This document shows positions 62,321-64,000 of a stretch of DNA of 64,000 nucleotides, in pieces. The DNA comes from Nitrospirota bacterium (lineage in GTDB: Bacteria; Nitrospirota; JACRHJ01). The notes beneath the pieces are model-generated. The model saw only the letters and a list, made by a program, of their open reading frames with translations, did no database searches and was not told the origin of the DNA. The DNA lies in contig CAWJRJ010000017.1 in the NCBI GenBank assembly GCA_963845245.1, positions 1 to 64,000 on the forward strand. The letters run 5' to 3'. Numbering within the stretch: the stretch's first letter is position 1; every line of letters starts with the position of its first letter. The translations under genes and the position numbers were made by a program.

Positions 62321-62435
62321 AGAGTTATATGATAGATTTTGCGGGGCGCAAAGTCAACAGAATTGGGGCGGAATAAGGAAAACTCTTGTAATGAAGGCAT
62401 GTATGGGGTAAATTAGGTGAACATTTATTATTGTG

Positions 62436-62572
62436 CAGACTGCATGGCAGCCCTTTTATGAGCCATCATATTCGTCGGAGCATTTGAGTAGTTTGGGGAC
62501 CCGACCCGGTTTCGTTCAAGCCGTTATCGTCCGCCTCAGGATGATGTCTCAACAAGGGCCACCAAGCAGTCT
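62436..62572 (+). ncRNA. Candidate rod-shaped structured RNA in the alr leader
   Basis: Nested inverted repeats CAGACTGC/GCAGTCTG, GCCCTT/AAGGGC, GAGCCATCAT/ATGATGTCTC; TTGTAA-N17-TAAATT promoter at 62386-62414. Confidence 0.45.
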
Positions 62573-62599
62573 GATATTAAGTTAGAGGCAAGAGGAAAT

Positions 62600-63730
62600 A
62601 TGAATACGGGTAGACCTACAAAGGCATATATAGATTTAAACGCGCTCGACCACAACCTCTGGGAGGTGCGGGGGAAGGCCGGCGGCCGCAAGGTGCTGGG
62701 CGTGGTGAAGGCGGACGCATACGGCCACGGCGCGGTAGAGGTGGCAAAGCGGCTGGTAGCGGGCGGCGTGGACATGCTGGGCGTCGCGCTGGTGGAGGAG
62801 GGCATACAGCTTCGCGAGGCGGGGATATTCACCCCCATACTCGTGCTGGGCGGCGTGTTCGAGGAGCAGGCGGAAGACCTTGTACGCTACAAGATAACGC
62901 CTACGGTATACTCGATGCCCCAGGTGACGGCCTTCAACGAGGCGGCTGTAAGCCACGGCGTGAAGCTCCCCGTGCATGTGAAGGTGGACACGGGCATGGG
63001 CCGGGTGGGTATGAGCCCGGACGAGGTGGTGGAGTTCATAACAAATATTTCAAAGCTCCCCGGCATCGAAGTGCAGGGGCTTATGACGCACCTGGCCGAC
63101 GTGTCGGAAGAGGACAAGTCGTTCGCGGAGTTCCAGATTGCGGCGTTCGAGGACGTGATAGACCGTCTCAACGTCCTTGGCATAGTCATCCCGATGCTGC
63201 ACGCGGCGGGAAGCGCGGCCATCATAGAGTTCGACCCGGCGTATTTCAATATGGTGCGCCCCGGCATCATGCTCTACGGCTGTTACCCGTCCGAACACAT
63301 GAAGACGCTTTTGAACCTCAGACCGGTGATGAGTGTCAAGACCGCCGTGATGCACCTGAAGTGGATGGGGAAGGGGCTGCCCATCAGCTATGGCCGCACC
63401 TTCTACACAAACAGGCCAAGCCTAATCGCGACGCTCCCAATCGGTTATGCCGACGGGCTGGACCGTGGCCTTTCAAACAAAGGCTACGTCCTTATCGGAG
63501 GCCACAGTTGCCCCATCGTCGGCACCGTCTGCATGGACCTTGTCATGGTGGACGTCACGGAGCTTGAGAATGTGAAGATCGGCGACGAGGCCGTTATCAT
63601 CGGCAAGCAGGGCAGCCAGGAGATAACGGCGGAAGAGGTCGCGGAGATGCTTGATACGATTTCGTATGAGGTTCTTTGCGGGATAAGCAGCAAGGGTGCC
63701 GAGGGAGTACACATATTAACACTTGTTTAG
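62600..63730 (+). CDS. alr: Alanine racemase (C-terminal frameshift; true stop probably 63719)
   Basis: VVKADAYGHG, KVDTGMGR, VRPGIMLYG, GYADG, ISYEVLC. Confidence 0.96.
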   Translation: MNTGRPTKAYIDLNALDHNLWEVRGKAGGRKVLGVVKADAYGHGAVEVAKRLVAGGVDMLGVALVEEGIQLREAGIFTPILVLGGVFEEQAEDLVRYKITPTVYSMPQVTAFNEAAVSHGVKLPVHVKVDTGMGRVGMSPDEVVEFITNISKLPGIEVQGLMTHLADVSEEDKSFAEFQIAAFEDVIDRLNVLGIVIPMLHAAGSAAIIEFDPAYFNMVRPGIMLYGCYPSEHMKTLLNLRPVMSVKTAVMHLKWMGKGLPISYGRTFYTNRPSLIATLPIGYADGLDRGLSNKGYVLIGGHSCPIVGTVCMDLVMVDVTELENVKIGDEAVIIGKQGSQEITAEEVAEMLDTISYEVLCGISSKGAEGVHILTLV

Positions 63731-63756
63731 CTAAGCAGACCAAAGGACAATAAAGC

Positions 63757-64000
63757 ATGAAGTTTAGTGATTTTATATATCAACTCGAAACTGACGACCA
63801 AGGAAGAAGAATATTTTATCCGAATGGTCTATTTGGAAAAGGCTACTATTTGCCAGATGAAATTTCAGAAACTAAAATAAAAAAAATTCAGGGATATATT
63901 GTTTTATTGGGTTCATTAGCTTATCTTGTTCCTTTTCTATTGACTAAGGTTATTATTCAAGATATTCCAGTTTCATTCGTTAGAATTTATTACTTTGTTG
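63757..64000 (+). CDS. Partial AT-rich hypothetical membrane protein
   Basis: Open frame MKFSDFIYQLETDDQGRRIFYPNGLFGKGY... running off the window. Confidence 0.55.
   Translation, partial: MKFSDFIYQLETDDQGRRIFYPNGLFGKGYYLPDEISETKIKKIQGYIVLLGSLAYLVPFLLTKVIIQDIPVSFVRIYYFV

Overview
Bacterial window whose gene content fits a Gram-negative, probably anaerobic or microaerophilic lineage (Nitrospirota- or Desulfobacterota-like; not provable here). Many essential genes (secA, ruvB, ftsX, lptD, yebC, rml genes) carry single-base frameshifts, most likely long-read or MAG consensus errors. Positions 1-18.9 kb are an accessory region ending in a tyrosine integrase next to tRNA-Leu(CAA). It carries metal-handling cargo: nikR-DUF3842-methyltransferase-porin-nikMN; two cobalamin riboswitches, a second porin and cbiMNQO; two NosL-like proteins; and a Tat-exported split-Soret-type cytochrome c with tatA/tatB/tatC. 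It also holds IHF and a GC-rich, helicase-less Type ISP-like R-M gene. Positions 19-64 kb are mostly core genome (tkt, ftsEX, corA, rlpA, MglA-like GTPase, ruvCAB, pheST, secA, accD, folC, lptD, rml/ugd/uxs, pagL, alr). Best leads: (i) two paralogous ~100-aa leader-like ORFs with DVCGH and a terminal PP motif, each followed by the same hairpin; (ii) a twin-hairpin/terminator attenuator directly after DUF3842; (iii) paralogous TorF-like porins apparently dedicated to Ni and Co ECF uptake; (iv) a 137-nt rod-like RNA candidate upstream of alr; (v) an EndoV-Nth fusion whose linker is a palindromic repeat.
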